A DNA stretch of 59,806 bases, filler included, from Fonticula-like sp. SCN 57-25 (lineage: Eukaryota): assembly GCA_001724245.1 (NCBI GenBank). It is 11 parts of 11 records of this genome, joined end to end, with 100 filler letters (N's around TTAATTAATTAA, not from the genome) between each part and the next. Parts side by side here need not be neighbours in the genome. Positions count along the whole stretch, not along the records: positions 1 to 5,950 come from MEDX01000605.1; positions 6,051 to 11,693 come from MEDX01000606.1; positions 11,794 to 17,018 come from MEDX01000607.1; 8 more parts are not named here. One strand, 5' to 3'. Position 1 is the stretch's first letter. Each line of letters starts with the position of its first letter. Under the pieces are notes generated by a model. That model made no database searches and had not been told where the DNA came from. It was given only the letters and a program-made list of their open reading frames with translations. Shown here piece after piece: positions 1-11,894 of this stretch. The position numbers and the translations under genes were made by a program.

Positions 1-2237
1 TGCTGCTCGTCTTGTACTTCAGCCACGGCGGCGGCAATTTTCGCCTCTTTGGCGCGCTGCTTTTTCTCCTGCATCGCCTTTCGCTTCTCCTCCGCCTCCT
101 TCATCTCGCGCCTCTTTTCCTGCTTCCTCTCCCGCTTGCGCCTTGCTTCAACGCGCCACCGCTCCAGCTGAGCCTGCCGCTTTTCCTCGGCGTCGGCGTC
201 GGCGGCGGCGGTGCCGAGCGGCTTGGGGCGCGCGGGCACGCGCGGCATCGCCGACTTTATGGCGGGGCGCTTGCGGTGCGGCGAGTCGCCGTCGTCAGAG
301 TCGCTGTCGGACGGCGCAGAAATGGCGGCGGACGTGTTTGATTGGCGCTTTTTGAGACGTCCGTTCATGTCATGGTCGGATTCACGTTCATCATCACTGT
401 CATCATCATCATCATCTTCATCATCATCATCATCATCATCTGCTTCATCAATGCCTTCATCAGAGCCTTCATCGTCATCTTCATCGTCATCAGTGCCTTC
501 ATCAATGCCTTCATCATCATCATCTTCTTCTTCATCATCATCAACTTTCCCGCCTTTCTTTCCCTTCTTCTTGTCTTTCTCCTCTTCTTCCTCGCTCGAT
601 ATTGTCTCTTTCATGCGACGCGAAAACCTTGCGTGGCCGAGCCGCGCAAGCTCAGCGGCCTCTTCGCGCTCCTTTTTGTCCTTTGAAGCGGTAGTGTCAC
701 GTGACTTGGCGGGGGCGGGGGCGGCGGTGGGGGGGATGGGGTGGGGGGGCGTCGTCGTCGGTGTCGTCGGCGCCGGACGAGTGCGGCGGTAATACAGAAG
801 AGGAGCCGAGCTGCTGGCGAGTGCGCTTGCGGGCGACCGCTTTAAATGGTGTGTCAGCGTGGCGGGAAAGGCATAAAAAAGATATAAATTGGGCAGACAA
901 AGGACATTAAAAGGACAGACGTGCATAGAAAGAAGACAAAACGGACACAAAAACACCATAAAAACACCATACAAACATCATAAACATCATAAAATCAGCA
1001 TAAAAAGACATAACAAACTGCATTCAATAAACATAACAAATGACGTACGTTTGCGGTCAGGGTTTGGGACTTCGACCTTTGAGAGCTTTGCTGGCGGAAT
1101 GTCTGCCTCGTGGCGTCGGCGTCTGCGGCCGCCACGGCCATCTTCACTATCGTCTTCATTATCTTCTTCTTCTTCCTCCTTCTCTTCCTCTTTTTCCTGT
1201 TCTCTCCTGCGCTTGCGCGGCGAGCTCGCGTCGGCAAAAGGGACCTTGCGGAACAAAAAGTCGTTTGCCTCGCCGCCGAGCTCGCGGTCCTGCTTCCCCG
1301 ACGACGCCATGAGCGTCTTGAAGGAGGACGGGTCGGCCACGGCGTAGTCGGTCGCGGCGCTGTTGCGCGTGTGCCGCCGCGAGCCGGGCGTGCCGTCGTC
1401 AGAGGGGGTGGAGACGGCGGGGGAGGGGGACTTGCCGCGGGTGATCGCGCCGCGCGTGTGGGGAGAGGGAGTGGCGGCGCGAGAGGGGGCGGCGGCGCGA
1501 GGGGTGTGAGAGGCGGACGGCGTAGCAGACTTGGAATTCGAGCGCGCCTGCGACGATCCCGACGATCCCGATGCGGATGCCGATGCCGAAGATGCCGATG
1601 ATGCCGACGATGATGCTGAAGGTGAGCGTGATGGGGGCGCATCGCCGCTGACGCGAATGAGTGTGCCGTCGGTCCACCTGTTCTGCCGCTGTATGGTCCA
1701 GTTGTGCCACATGCTGGGGCTCAGGAGCTCAAAGCGCGATCCCTGCGTCGAGTAGTGCATGTTGCAGACAAAGATGCCCTGATCGGCGAGCGACTGGGAC
1801 GATGCGTGCGAGACGCCGGGGAGGAGCTCGCCCGAGCGGCTGACGTTTGGCGGCCAGTCGGAGATGCCGCGCCGCGCTTCGGGGGGGCTCGTCGTCTGCA
1901 CAAAGCACTTGCGAAGGACGGCCTCGAGGTAGTTTTCGTCCGTGTGCTTGCTGAGGAAAATGTGGTTCGGAGGGTATCTATTCGCGACATCGGGCTGCTC
2001 CACAAAGTCCGCCTGGCGATAAAACCACTGCACGGTGATCAGCTTATTGCGCTCATTCACGCGCGAAAAAAGCTCCTTGATGATGCCAATGTGCGGCACG
2101 CCGCCCATATTGTTCAGCTCAACCACATCGCCAATCTTGATCACCGATCGCTTATAGTACACCGCGCGATACTTGGTCTTGCCTTTCGAGGACTCTAAAG
2201 GCTCGCCTAGAAATTGGCCCTGCAACTCATCGCTCAT
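1..2237 (-). CDS. BAH-domain chromatin protein with long acidic/low-complexity C-terminus (3' partial)
   Basis: ORF 987..2237 begins with a BAH-like domain (IKIGDVVEL...HIGIIKELF...ITVQWFYR...HIFLSKHTDEN...VLRKCFV). Intron 840..1048 (GTACGT...GCTGAC...AG). The downstream exon encodes D/E/K-rich sequence to the contig edge, with an apparent frame slip in G-runs near 710-750. Confidence 0.75.
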
Positions 2238-2733
2238 TAGATCGCAATATTTGGGCGCGGAAATGCAAAACCGCGCACTTTATCGTCTCCCGCCATGGCC
2301 GCTTTTACACGCCGTGTCACGCAACGATTTCGCGCCAAAATTGACAGTCATCCAATACGGCAATCGGGATTATTTGGTAGTCGCCCTGACTATGCCTATC
2401 GGCTTTTTTTGTTCGTGAAATACCTACTATTTCTTCTGGGCTATAAGCTGGGCCCTCTTTTCTTTCGCTTTTATATTTATTTTATTGTACAAGAGTGCTC
2501 TTCCGCCGCCGTGTGCCACTTCTATACTGCATGTCCACGCCGGTTATGACCGGGTGACTCAAAATTGCCACCCTGCACATCAAATCGGGGTGACGATTTC
2601 ACCACACCCTCATCCTTTTTTGTTTGCGTGTCAACGAACGTCAGCGCCGCCGACCACCTTGACGGTTCCGCTGCCATCAAAGTGACCCTCTTACCCTCCC
2701 CCTCTCCCCCCCTTCCCACCCGCCGTCTCTGTC

Positions 2734-3033
2734 ATGGGACGGTCTCCTACGCCCGGTAGCGCGACGGAGGACGCCAGCGAGCTGCTGCCCGATTCCGCTG
2801 CCTTTGTCCAGAGCAAGCAGGAGCGCCGGAAAGAAATCAACCGGCTCGCCGCGCGCCGCTCGCGCAAGAAGAAGGCCGACATGTTCCAGGAATTGCGCTC
2901 GCGGAAATCGGAGCTTTCGTCCGTGAACGCGAGGCTCAAGGCGGAGCGCCAGAAATTGTTTGAGGAGCTCGCGAGGCTCGAGTCGATCGTTGACCTGCAC
3001 GTGCACTCGGGATGCTCACAAAAGGCGCAGTAG
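2734..3033 (+). CDS. Small bZIP transcription factor, AP-1 (Jun/ATF/BATF)-like
   Basis: Basic region ERRKEINRLAARRSRKKK, five heptad leucines, C-terminal HVHSGC. An upstream exon cannot be excluded. Confidence 0.85.
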   Translation: MGRSPTPGSATEDASELLPDSAAFVQSKQERRKEINRLAARRSRKKKADMFQELRSRKSELSSVNARLKAERQKLFEELARLESIVDLHVHSGCSQKAQ

Positions 3034-3375
3034 GGCATCGGTGGGCAGGCCGCCGCCCAGCCGCAGTCGGAAATAACTGGATATTCGAGTGCCTAATGTT
3101 TCCCTTTTTTGAGTTTAGCGCTGTTTTCGGTTCTTTGCTGTGTTGTTTCCCTTTCCATTTCGCTATTGTATATCATCGAATGTGTTGTAGGAATGTAAGC
3201 CTCACCTTCCATAGCCCGCGCCCCGCTTTCCTCAATGTCCTCAATTATGATAACGTCTTTATTTTCATCTATTCGTCACGCTCGTTTCACGTATTTTGTG
3301 CTCACAAAAGCATAAGGAAAAAAATAGAAGGCGCCGATAGAGAAAGGCTACGAATGAAAATACAAAAAGGCACGC

Positions 3376-4016
3376 TTACACGTACTTGTCCTCCGAAAGG
3401 TCCTTCTTGAACTCCTTAATCCACTGGGGGTTGGCCTTGAGGAGCTCGTTCACCTGGACGCACGGGATCAGCACAAAAACAAGAGGGAAAAGAGGATCGC
3501 GTACAGTGACATCCTCGATCGGCTTGGCGCTCTCGAGGGCGGAGAGCTGGAGGCGGAGCTGGGAGAGCTGGGCCTCGGCGTCCTTGCTGACGGCCTCGGC
3601 GGCGCCAACCTAAAATTACGATAAGAAAAAGGGCCGAAAAGGAGGGCGGCAAGAGGACGCACAGCCTTGGTCTCGGCGGCCTGGATCTCGGCGAGCACCT
3701 GCGTGAGGTCGTACTTGGCAACCTTTGTGCTCTCAAAGGCCTTCTTAAACGAGTCAACAACGCCGGGGGCGGTAATGACCTGCTCGTAGTGCGCCCAGTC
3801 GATCGTGGCGGGCGTCTTGGTCAGGTTGGAGTGCTCACGCTTGAGGTCGTCAAGCTACGCGGAGCCACAAATGTCAGAAAACGAGTGGAAAAAAAGAGGA
3901 ATAAAAATTACCTGCTTGCGGAGCTGAACAATCTCACCGCGGGCCGACGGGCCGACGCGCTGGGCGAGCGAAAGCAGGTCCACCGACTGGCGAACAATTC
4001 TCGTCGTGCGGAGCAT
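3376..4016 (-). CDS. ATP5PD: Mitochondrial ATP synthase subunit d (4 exons)
   Basis: Spliced product MLRTTRIVRQSVDLLSLAQRV...TPATIDWAHYEQVITAPGVVDSFKKAFES...ALESAKPIEDVT...ELLKANPQW matches the subunit d pattern (IDWxxY, VDxFxKxF, PxEDxT). The 3' end is approximate. Confidence 0.85.
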
Positions 4017-4230
4017 GATGGTGAAGCAGGCGCGTGCAAGAGGGAAAAACGGTGGGGTGGCACGTAAACGCCTACCCTGAAATCCACCCGAGGGACGAAA
4101 ATCCACCTTCTTTGTCGCTCTCGGGGTAGTGCATCCCGATCGTGTCACTGGGGTGTACCATATTCGTCACCCCTCCTCCACGAGGTGCGCTGAGGGAAAA
4201 AAAGGGCGGGATGATGGCGAGGGCGCGAGT

Positions 4231-4347
4231 ATATTGATGATAACTCTGGTATTCCGAGTTTAAAAGGCCGCGGGCTTGGTAGAGCCGTTGTGTCCGAGTG
4301 ATATATGCTGTAGTTGTTGCCTTGCAGTCTGCTATGGGGATCTGATC
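4231..4347 (+). ncRNA. Candidate intronic box C/D RNA
   Basis: TGATGA at 4235-4240, CCGA (possible D') at 4254-4257, CTGA at 4342-4345, inside the putative host intron. Target uncertain. Confidence 0.4.
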
Positions 4348-4731
4348 AGCGCCTCTGGCGGCTGCATCCCCCCGGCTGCCGGTCCGCGGAAAGAGTGTCT
4401 TGTGATCGTGCAGTGTTTCTCCATCGTGCAGCCGTGTTTCTTTCATTGTGTTTTCGCGGACGTGTGGGTGCAGAAGAGGGGAAAGCGGGCGCACTGCTTT
4501 ATATTCGCTCGGTGCTCGAAGTGCTTCGCGGCCATGTTGTGTTTACCGTGTGGACCATAAAGGCGAGTCTGAATCCCGCTTCCCCTCTCGACTCTTTCCC
4601 TCTTTCCCACCCAAAAGTGTCTTCATGTCTGGCTAACCTAATATATAGTATTGAGAATGTCCTAGTCAAGCCTTTTTAAGTTGACTTTTTGGTACGCCGG
4701 GATGCCGAGATTATGGGGATGAAAGGGGATC

Positions 4732-4822
4732 GCTCTGATGAAACAATGACCTGCTTGACACCCGGCGTGGTTTCGACTGCGCTGGGAGAGAGATGCTAGC
4801 AAACCTCTAAGAAGTTCTGAGC
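4732..4822 (+). ncRNA. SNORD61: Box C/D snoRNA, SNORD61/U61 homolog (18S rRNA 2'-O-methylation guide)
   Basis: Box C TGATGA 4736-4741 and box D CTGA 4817-4820, with short complementary ends. The 13-nt guide CCTCTAAGAAGTT is the reverse complement of conserved 18S AACTTCTTAGAGG. The 3' end CCTCTAAGAAGTTCTGAGC matches the U61 3' end as I recall it. Lies in intron 4692..4885. Confidence 0.8.
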
Positions 4823-5193
4823 ACACCTTCTTTCTTTCTCTATCCTCCTGTTTTTTCTCTTTCATGATCGCTAACATTTGAATAGACCCCTTCGATCCGT
4901 CCTGTACGGCATCGCACACCGATCATGCGGCATCCGCCCAGATCTCTCGTCGTGCTTCCTAGCCGATGACCATGCGGCAACTGTGCAGCACAGTTATGCT
5001 TTTTGACTGCTGAGCCGTGCCTGCCCCATGGATCCCCTACTGATCCCCTGGTGATCTTTCCCTGATCCCTTCCCGATCTCTGTACCAATATAATAGTTTG
5101 TGCATTATAGCATGTAGGGAATACACCACACAGCAATTCAAAGAAGAACCGAAAGAAAAGAAAAATATACTCGCCCGACGCCTCTTTCGCCTC

Positions 5194-5873
5194 CTATTGC
5201 GTTCCTAGCGACGCCGCATCGATCACCATGGCATCGCCGTTTCCGATGGCGATGTCGTCATCCGCCTTGATCGCCGCGGCGGCATCCCTGTCGGCGTTGA
5301 CGTCGAAAAGCTTTTTAAAGCTCTGCCTCTGCTTGAGCTTTTCGTGCTCCTCAAACTCCTCTTCGTCCATGCGGCGGTACCGCTGCGGCATGAAGCGCTC
5401 ATCGGCGCCATCGTCCTCATCTTCGTCGGAATCGTTGAGGAGATCGTCGGGGATGTCTTGGTTTTGGACGCTGGGGGCGTGGGCAATGTCGCGCAGATTG
5501 TCAATGATCTTGGCCCTGGAGTAAAGTTAGACACGGAAAGGTCAGAAAAGGCAAGGAAAGTGAAGAAAAGGCAAGGAAAGTGAAGAAAAGTCAAGGAAAG
5601 GTAAGGATAAAGTACCAAGAAAGTATCAAAAATGTCACAAGAAAGTACCAAAAATGGCACAAGAAAGAATCAAGAAAGTATCAAAAAGTAACCAAAAAGT
5701 AACCAAAAAGTAACCAAAAAGTAACCAAAAAGTATCAAAAAGCAACAAAAAACTTTAGTCGTACTTGAACTTTTCGAGGTATTCACGCGTGTTGAGATTG
5801 TCCATATTTGTCGAGTGCGTATGAAGACGGAAATCCGGCGCATAATACTCCATATAGTCATTATACGGCAGCT
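5194..5873 (-). CDS. Class I histone deacetylase (HDAC1/2/Rpd3-like), last two exons (5' partial)
   Basis: Exon 5765..5873 [36 protein letters not shown] spliced to exon 5194..5515 [25 protein letters not shown]...; matches the HDAC1 C-terminal ELPYNDYFEYFGPDF...HAPGVQ pattern. Largely missed by the ORF track. Confidence 0.92.
5530..5755. repeat. Intronic short tandem repeats (AAAGGCAAGGAAAGTGAAGA x2-3; AAAAGTAACC x4)
   Basis: Directly visible inside the HDAC intron 5516..5764. Confidence 0.85.
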
Positions 5874-5950
5874 CTACACAAGCAAAGTTAGTAACAACAA
5901 TAAAACGTATTTAAATATGACCAAAAAGCATAAAAAATATGACCAAAAAA

Positions 5951-6050
5951 NNNNNNNNNNNNNNNNNNNNNNNNNNNNNNNNNNNNNNNNNNNNTTAATT
6001 AATTAANNNNNNNNNNNNNNNNNNNNNNNNNNNNNNNNNNNNNNNNNNNN
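5951..6050. other. Artificial contig spacer N44-TTAATTAATTAA-N44 (also at 11694, 17019, 22344, 27663, 32958, 38249, 43540, 49324, 54566)
   Basis: Identical 100-nt spacer with stops in all six frames, present ten times. Confidence 0.99.
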
Positions 6051-9000
6051 GCGCACATCATGGTCGCGTGCTCGTTGACACCCGACTTTTCGACGTCCTT
6101 GCAGAATGTCTGGTACGAGCACACAAAGACGCCGCATATCAAGCAGAGCGCGGGGTCCTTTGAGACCTTGCCGCAAATGTCGCACTTTACATCATTGACG
6201 TCCTTGAGAAGCACGTCGTAGCGGTTGGGCAGCGGGAGCAGGTAGTACGGGTAGGGGTGCGGCAGCTTGTGGCTGCTCGGCAGGTCCTCCTGCCACGTGC
6301 CTGTCCGCGCGCCGCCTTCGAGCACGCCGGTCGAGTAAAAGGAGAGACGCTCGCCAAAGGTCGGGATCTCGGGCTCGACGCTCGACGCGCGATCGGACGC
6401 GTCGTCGGTATCGTCCACGTCGGCGACGCGAAGGCGCTCAAAGCCAGCGACGCGCGCGCCGCGGCGGCTCCACGCGCGAAAGAGGTTGATGACGTCCTCG
6501 TGCGCGTCGGGCACAATCAGTTGCGTGATTGAGCCGAGCTTGAGGTACTGCTGGAGCTTGACGACCTCGGACGGCAGCAGCTCGCCGGGGACCGTCGACG
6601 GGTACCCGAGGTGCGCGTACACAAAGAGCGACAGCTGGCGCAGCGTCGGCAGCACAAACCGCCAAACGGTCTCACTGAGGGCGGCGGGCGCGGCCACGCG
6701 GTGACCAAGCGCGCTCATCGCGACGACCTGCGCGAGGTACTGGAACAGCGCCTCCTCATCGTCGTTCGGGCCGGGCGGCGGCGGCTCGTCAGTGTGGTCA
6801 TCAAGAACGGCGTCCAGCGACAACACAACATTCAGCAGCACCTTGGCGATCTGCGAGAGAACAGACAGGCGCACAACGTTGAGGATGCCGACCGTCGAGG
6901 CGGCCGGCGCGACCGAGGCAAGCAGCACCGCGCGCAGAGGAGACACTTCAAACGGGTTGTCACGCTCAGAGAACGACGCAAACCACTGGAAAAACGGGTT
7001 AGACCAAAATCAGCATACTATAATCGCGTACGGAAACGAGGAGGCGACCAAAGCGCTGGTCGACGTAGTGGACGACGTCGGCGCTCGTGAGAGTCGCCGA
7101 GAGCGTCGTTTGCGCGGCGCGCAGCGTAAGGAGCTGCTGCCGCGTGAGCGCCTCTGCAAAGCAGCCCTGTAGCATGGTATCGTGCCCGCGCAGTGCTACC
7201 TCCAGCGCCTCCATGGTGTACTCGTACACGGCGGCATACGCCTCAAACTGCTTCGGCTGGATGGATGGCTCGCGCTTGCCCGGTGAAAACTCGCCGCCGA
7301 GTAGCGCCTCGACGGCGGCCGAGAAAGGGTCCAGAATCATCGCCAGGCTCGAGCGGCGGCGTTGCGGGGCCGTTGTCGCACCCGCGGGTGACCCGCCGGC
7401 CGGCCCGGCCGCGTCCGCGCCCGTCGAGACAGGCTGCACGTCCGCCACCTGCACGCGGTCGACCGTGTCGCTCGACGGCTGCGTCTCGTCCAGCGCCGTG
7501 TCCTCGGCCACCTGCGCGGCTGCGCCACCCGTGGCCCCCGCGGGCCGGTTACCGTGCCGCATGCGGTGCACAAGCCGCTCCAAAAAGGACATTGACGAGG
7601 ACGGCCTGGGCGCCGACGCCGCTGATGACGATGACGGCGAGGATGACAGAGCGTCCGCGGACGGCGCTGCGGCCGCCGAGGGCGCCGGTGAGAGGCCGCC
7701 CAGAGGCGACGAGGCCTTGGCGACGTGGTACGCGTCAAGGATGCCTCCGAGGGCTACGCGGAAGGGCCGGTCGGGGATCTCGGCGGTGCACTCGAACGAC
7801 TTGCTCGACACGCTCAGGAAGCCGTTGCCGGGCGTCTTGCAAAGCGGGCACGCAAACAACAGGCCCGACATGCGCGGGATGCGCGACTTTACAAACGTCT
7901 TGTAGCACGCCGCGTGCATGTAGTGGCCGCACGATGACACAAACTTGCCCACCTTGCAGTCATCCGGCGGGAACAGCGGCTCGGCCTCGCCGCCAGAGTC
8001 GGACGGGTGCATCGGGGGAATCCATGGGCAGTCGAGGCCCTCATAGTCGCCGCCGGCGGAGGCGGCCGTCGTGGTCGCGTCCAGCCGCCCGCCGGCACGA
8101 ATCATCCGCGAGGTTTGCATAAAGGTCAGCACACCAGCGCCCTGCTCGGACGCGGCGTCGCCCTCCTTTGACTGCGCGGGCCGGTCCGACGGCTCCGTGC
8201 ACAGGATGCATACGTCCATCTTGAGCTCGGCGATGGGGTGAATGAGGTGCACCGGCGTGTTCAGGTCGTCCTCGAGGTCGTCGTTCTCAATCTCCTCAAA
8301 CATGGCCTGGTTGGCCGCCATGAACGACTTTTGACGGTTGGCAAACTCGAGCAGGATGTCGGCCTGCCGCTTCTTGGCGGCCGTCTTCTTGGCCTGCGCC
8401 GCCGCCTCGGCGTCCATCGACTGGCTCTCGCTGTCGTCGCCGATCAACTCCTTGCTGCGGAGCGCCTCGAGAGCGGCGCCGGTCGCGAGCTCGCGAAGGC
8501 GCGCAAGAGACCACTCAACGCGACCGTTGGCGCCTGCAGCGGCCGGCCTCCGCGCCATCTCCAGCAGAAGGTCCAGCACGGTGCAGTGCCACCGCTCGTC
8601 GGCGCTGCCAGCACCGTCGGTGGGGGAGCGCACGCGCGCAGGCTCGTACTCGTTCAGGATGAGGGCATTCGCAAACGAGGACGGCGCGTCGGGGATGTCG
8701 CCCTGCAGCACGAAAAGCATGAGAAACAATCAAGCCAACAAGGAGCTGCGTACAAAGGCGCCCTGGTCAGCAAGGCCCAGCACGATGAGGTGAACGCCGA
8801 GGTCGAGCAAGGTGGCGCTGGACGGCGGATCCGAGGGCGTCATCGTCGTTTGGGGCGACGCCTGGACAAGGCACATGTGAACGATTTGGATCATCAAGTT
8901 ACTAGAGAACAGCCGGCGGATGGGCGCAAATTGCGGCAGGAACGGGATCGGGCGGGCGGCGGTGAAGGTGTAGGACGCCCGCGACGCATTCTGGCGAACG

Positions 9001-11690
9001 CTCTCGGCGGCACGCTCGCGCTCCTCGCGGCGCATGAGCAGCGTGAAGGGGTCATACATGTGGAGGAACTCTTCCTTGAGCTGATACCGCCCCGCCTCGG
9101 TGCCGACCGGCGGCCTACATTGCCGCGCTCAGCAACGAAAAAAAACTTTCAAAGCAACGTTTCGTACCGGAACGTCGCAATCTCATTCAGAATCGTCTCA
9201 AAAAGCGGCGTTTCGGACGCCTCGCTATCGAGTGCGGATAGCTGCGAGTGCGTGAGTGGCCGCGCGACGAGCGCCTGGATGAGCAGCTGTCGGAGACTTG
9301 CCCCCGGCGGGCAGTCGCCCACGAGCCAGCGGTCGTTGAGGACGGATACGAGCAGCTGCAGCAGCTCCTCGGCGAGGATCGACACGTGCGCGGGGTCGAT
9401 CGACATGGTCACCTGCCCGCCAAAGTACGACGCGAGCTGGAAACGCGACAGGAGAAGCGTGAGGAAGTGCTCCGTGTCCAGCAGCGCCGCCGCAACCTGC
9501 ATCAGGTACAGGTCCTGCATGAACGTGGTGTCGCGCAGCGCGCCGCGGTAGTTGGTTACCTATCGCGATACAGATCAGCATACAGCAGCAGCGACAAAAG
9601 CCGCGCACCATGAGGTTCATGCTCATGCCGTTGCGGCGCCACATGCCAGCGTACACCTGCGCCTGAAGCAGGAACGTGTTGAGCGGCGCGTCCACCATCG
9701 ACAGCAGCCGGTCATTCATCGGCCGCGCGCCCTCAAACACAAATCGCAAATCGGGCAAGCTGTGGCATCCATGAGTCAGCGCGCTCGCAGAAAAGTAGAG
9801 CGTACCCCGCGGCCTTGGGCAGGGTCAGGAACACGCGAAGCGTGTGCGCAAAAAGCCAGTGCAGCGGGTGGTGCAGGGAGAGCGGCGTCCCGGGGGCCAG
9901 CACGCTCATCCGATACGCCTGCGGCTGCGCGCCCGTGCGCGTCGACGTCATCGTCACCGTCTCAACAAGCGCTCCCTCGTGCTCCGAGTCGGCAACCTCT
10001 CCCGTCACGATACGCAGCGTGCGATCGAGCGCCACCTCGCAGTCTGAAAATGAGCCGGTGAGCATCGCATGCACAAAAAAGACAAAACGGGCGCACCCTG
10101 CGGCTCAAGCGAGAGGAAGGACTGCGCAAAGAGCGGCAGGATGCGGGAGATGAGCTGGATCATTTGAAAGACGTTGAGCCAGCCGAGGTTGTCGTATAGC
10201 ACGTGCGTCGTGATCATGCGCTTTTGCGGGTCGATGCCCTGGAAGGACCGCAAAAAGTCAATGAACAGGTCGAGGTGGCGCGTGTCCTTGGTGATCGACT
10301 GCTGAACGACGCTCTTGGAGATGACGTAGCGTAGGTCGTGGACGACCGTCCGCAGGCGGTCCGACATCCGCTCGGTCTGCTCGAGGCCCTCGCCTAGCAA
10401 GAAGCGCCGGTCGCCCGTGATGGCCGTATACTCTGTCTCGTACATGGTGCGCATCTGCCGGTAGGAGCGCAAGATGGCATCCATCAGCGTCTTGAGCAGA
10501 TCGTGCTCGTCAACGATGAAGCTAAGGACGCTCGGTGTCGTGAGCAGCTGCAGCGCAATGTGCAGGTTGGAAAAGTCAGGGTCCTCGTCCTCATTCATGT
10601 AGTACTCGACGAGGTCGCTGTAGCTCCTGGCAAAGCACACGGCAAGCGCCTTTTTGTAGCGGACGTCCTCAAGCAGAAGCGAGTAGAAGAAAAGATCGCG
10701 GATGGCGGCGCGTGCGCGCTTCCAGTAAAAGCCAGAATCATTCAGGAGGAACATGATGTATGGGTACGTATCACCTCCAATGTCCTCAGTGTCGTCAGAC
10801 TCGACCAAAACGGAACAGAAAATGCCACGCAGAATCTGATTCTGCTTGCAGAGCTGTAAAATTCCATCAAGCAAAATCTACAAATCACCGTCGGCGCGCA
10901 TTTAGCGCTCAAAAAGCAAACCAGGTGAAAAGGCGGGGCGTACCACGACGGCCTCCTCGCACAAGAGCTGCTGCCACCGCGCGACGCTCGACCGCAGCGT
11001 GTGATTGACCGCCAAGAACCGCCACACGCGCCATGCCGAATCGAGGCTCGCCGTCTTTAGCAGGGTGTCGCGCCCGTGCTGGTCCACGGCCACGGAGCCC
11101 GCCTGCGCGCCCGACATGGACGGGCTCGGCCGGACCGCCTGGAACGCCGCGATCACCTCGTTGAAGGTGTGGTGTTCATCGTTGTACACGGTCACGCCGT
11201 AGTAATTCGGCCCCCATGCCAAGTGGTTGTGCCCTGACGTGGTCGGTAGCGGCGGGGGCAACACGGCCGCGGTGGACGGGAGGAGGGAATCCGCATCCGT
11301 GATCGTCGGCCTTGTGTGATTACGCAGGATGACGACGACAAACCTGAGCGCAAAAAAGGTTAGACAAGTGCGCCAAACTAAACACAACACCTACCGCATA
11401 ATGGTACGAATAGTGTCCGTCAAGTGCGCCTTGAGCCCTGGGTCGATGGAGGTATCCTCTGTCGTCTGGTGAATGGTGCAGCGCACTGGTACCTTCCACG
11501 CCTCCAGATCTCCGCAGTCGCAGCAACCTGCACGAGTTCCCGGCCCCATTCAGTATCACCGCGCAACAGTGGGCGTCATATATGCATACCGTTACCGCCG
11601 CTCACGTTGAAAAACACGTTGTGGCCCTCGTGATCGCTGGCGTGGTAGCACTCGGCACACATCACGCATGTGTCGTCGACCCCGCATGTT
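6051..11690 (-). CDS. UBR1: N-recognin E3 ubiquitin ligase UBR1/UBR2-like (multi-exon, partial at both ends)
   Basis: UBR box TCGVDDTCVMCAECYHASDHEGH...GCCDCGDLEAWK; ClpS-like VTVYNDEHHTFNEVI...VDQHGR; RING-H2 CILC...SSCGHYMHAAC...CPLCK; C-terminal LLPLPNRYD...CDICGKVSKDPALCLICG. Confidence 0.92.
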
Positions 11691-11894
11691 CTANNNNNNN
11701 NNNNNNNNNNNNNNNNNNNNNNNNNNNNNNNNNNNNNTTAATTAATTAANNNNNNNNNNNNNNNNNNNNNNNNNNNNNNNNNNNNNNNNNNNNCAGGCCC
11801 GCCGATAGGCACCTCGGTGCGCAAGCGCGCGCGCTCCTTTATAGTGCTAACGTTGTGTGGCTAGCTTGCCCCGCTTGCACCTGCGCCGTCGTTC

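Larger units (their letters stand above)
4106..5100 (+). ncRNA. Putative non-coding snoRNA host transcript, divergent from ATP synthase d
   Basis: Donors GTGCGC (4185) and GTACGC (4692); branch/acceptors GCTAAC..ATAG (4648) and GCTAAC..ATAG (4885); pyrimidine-rich TOP-like start near 4106; no credible ORF in the exons. Ends are approximate. Confidence 0.55.

Noticed and set aside
4632-4642. CTAACCTAA as a telomerase RNA template
   Set aside because: It would template TTAGG rather than the TTAGGG seen elsewhere in the window, and it is explained as the intron branch point just before the AG at 4648.
4735-4745. CTGATGA as a hammerhead ribozyme core
   Set aside because: No stem II followed by GAAA; better explained as snoRNA box C.
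5951-6050. Recurrent TTAATTAATTAA flanked by N runs, as a biological repeat
   Set aside because: It is an artificial six-frame-stop concatenation spacer. ORFs running into it and gene neighbourhoods across it (e.g. HDAC near SIN3) are artefacts.
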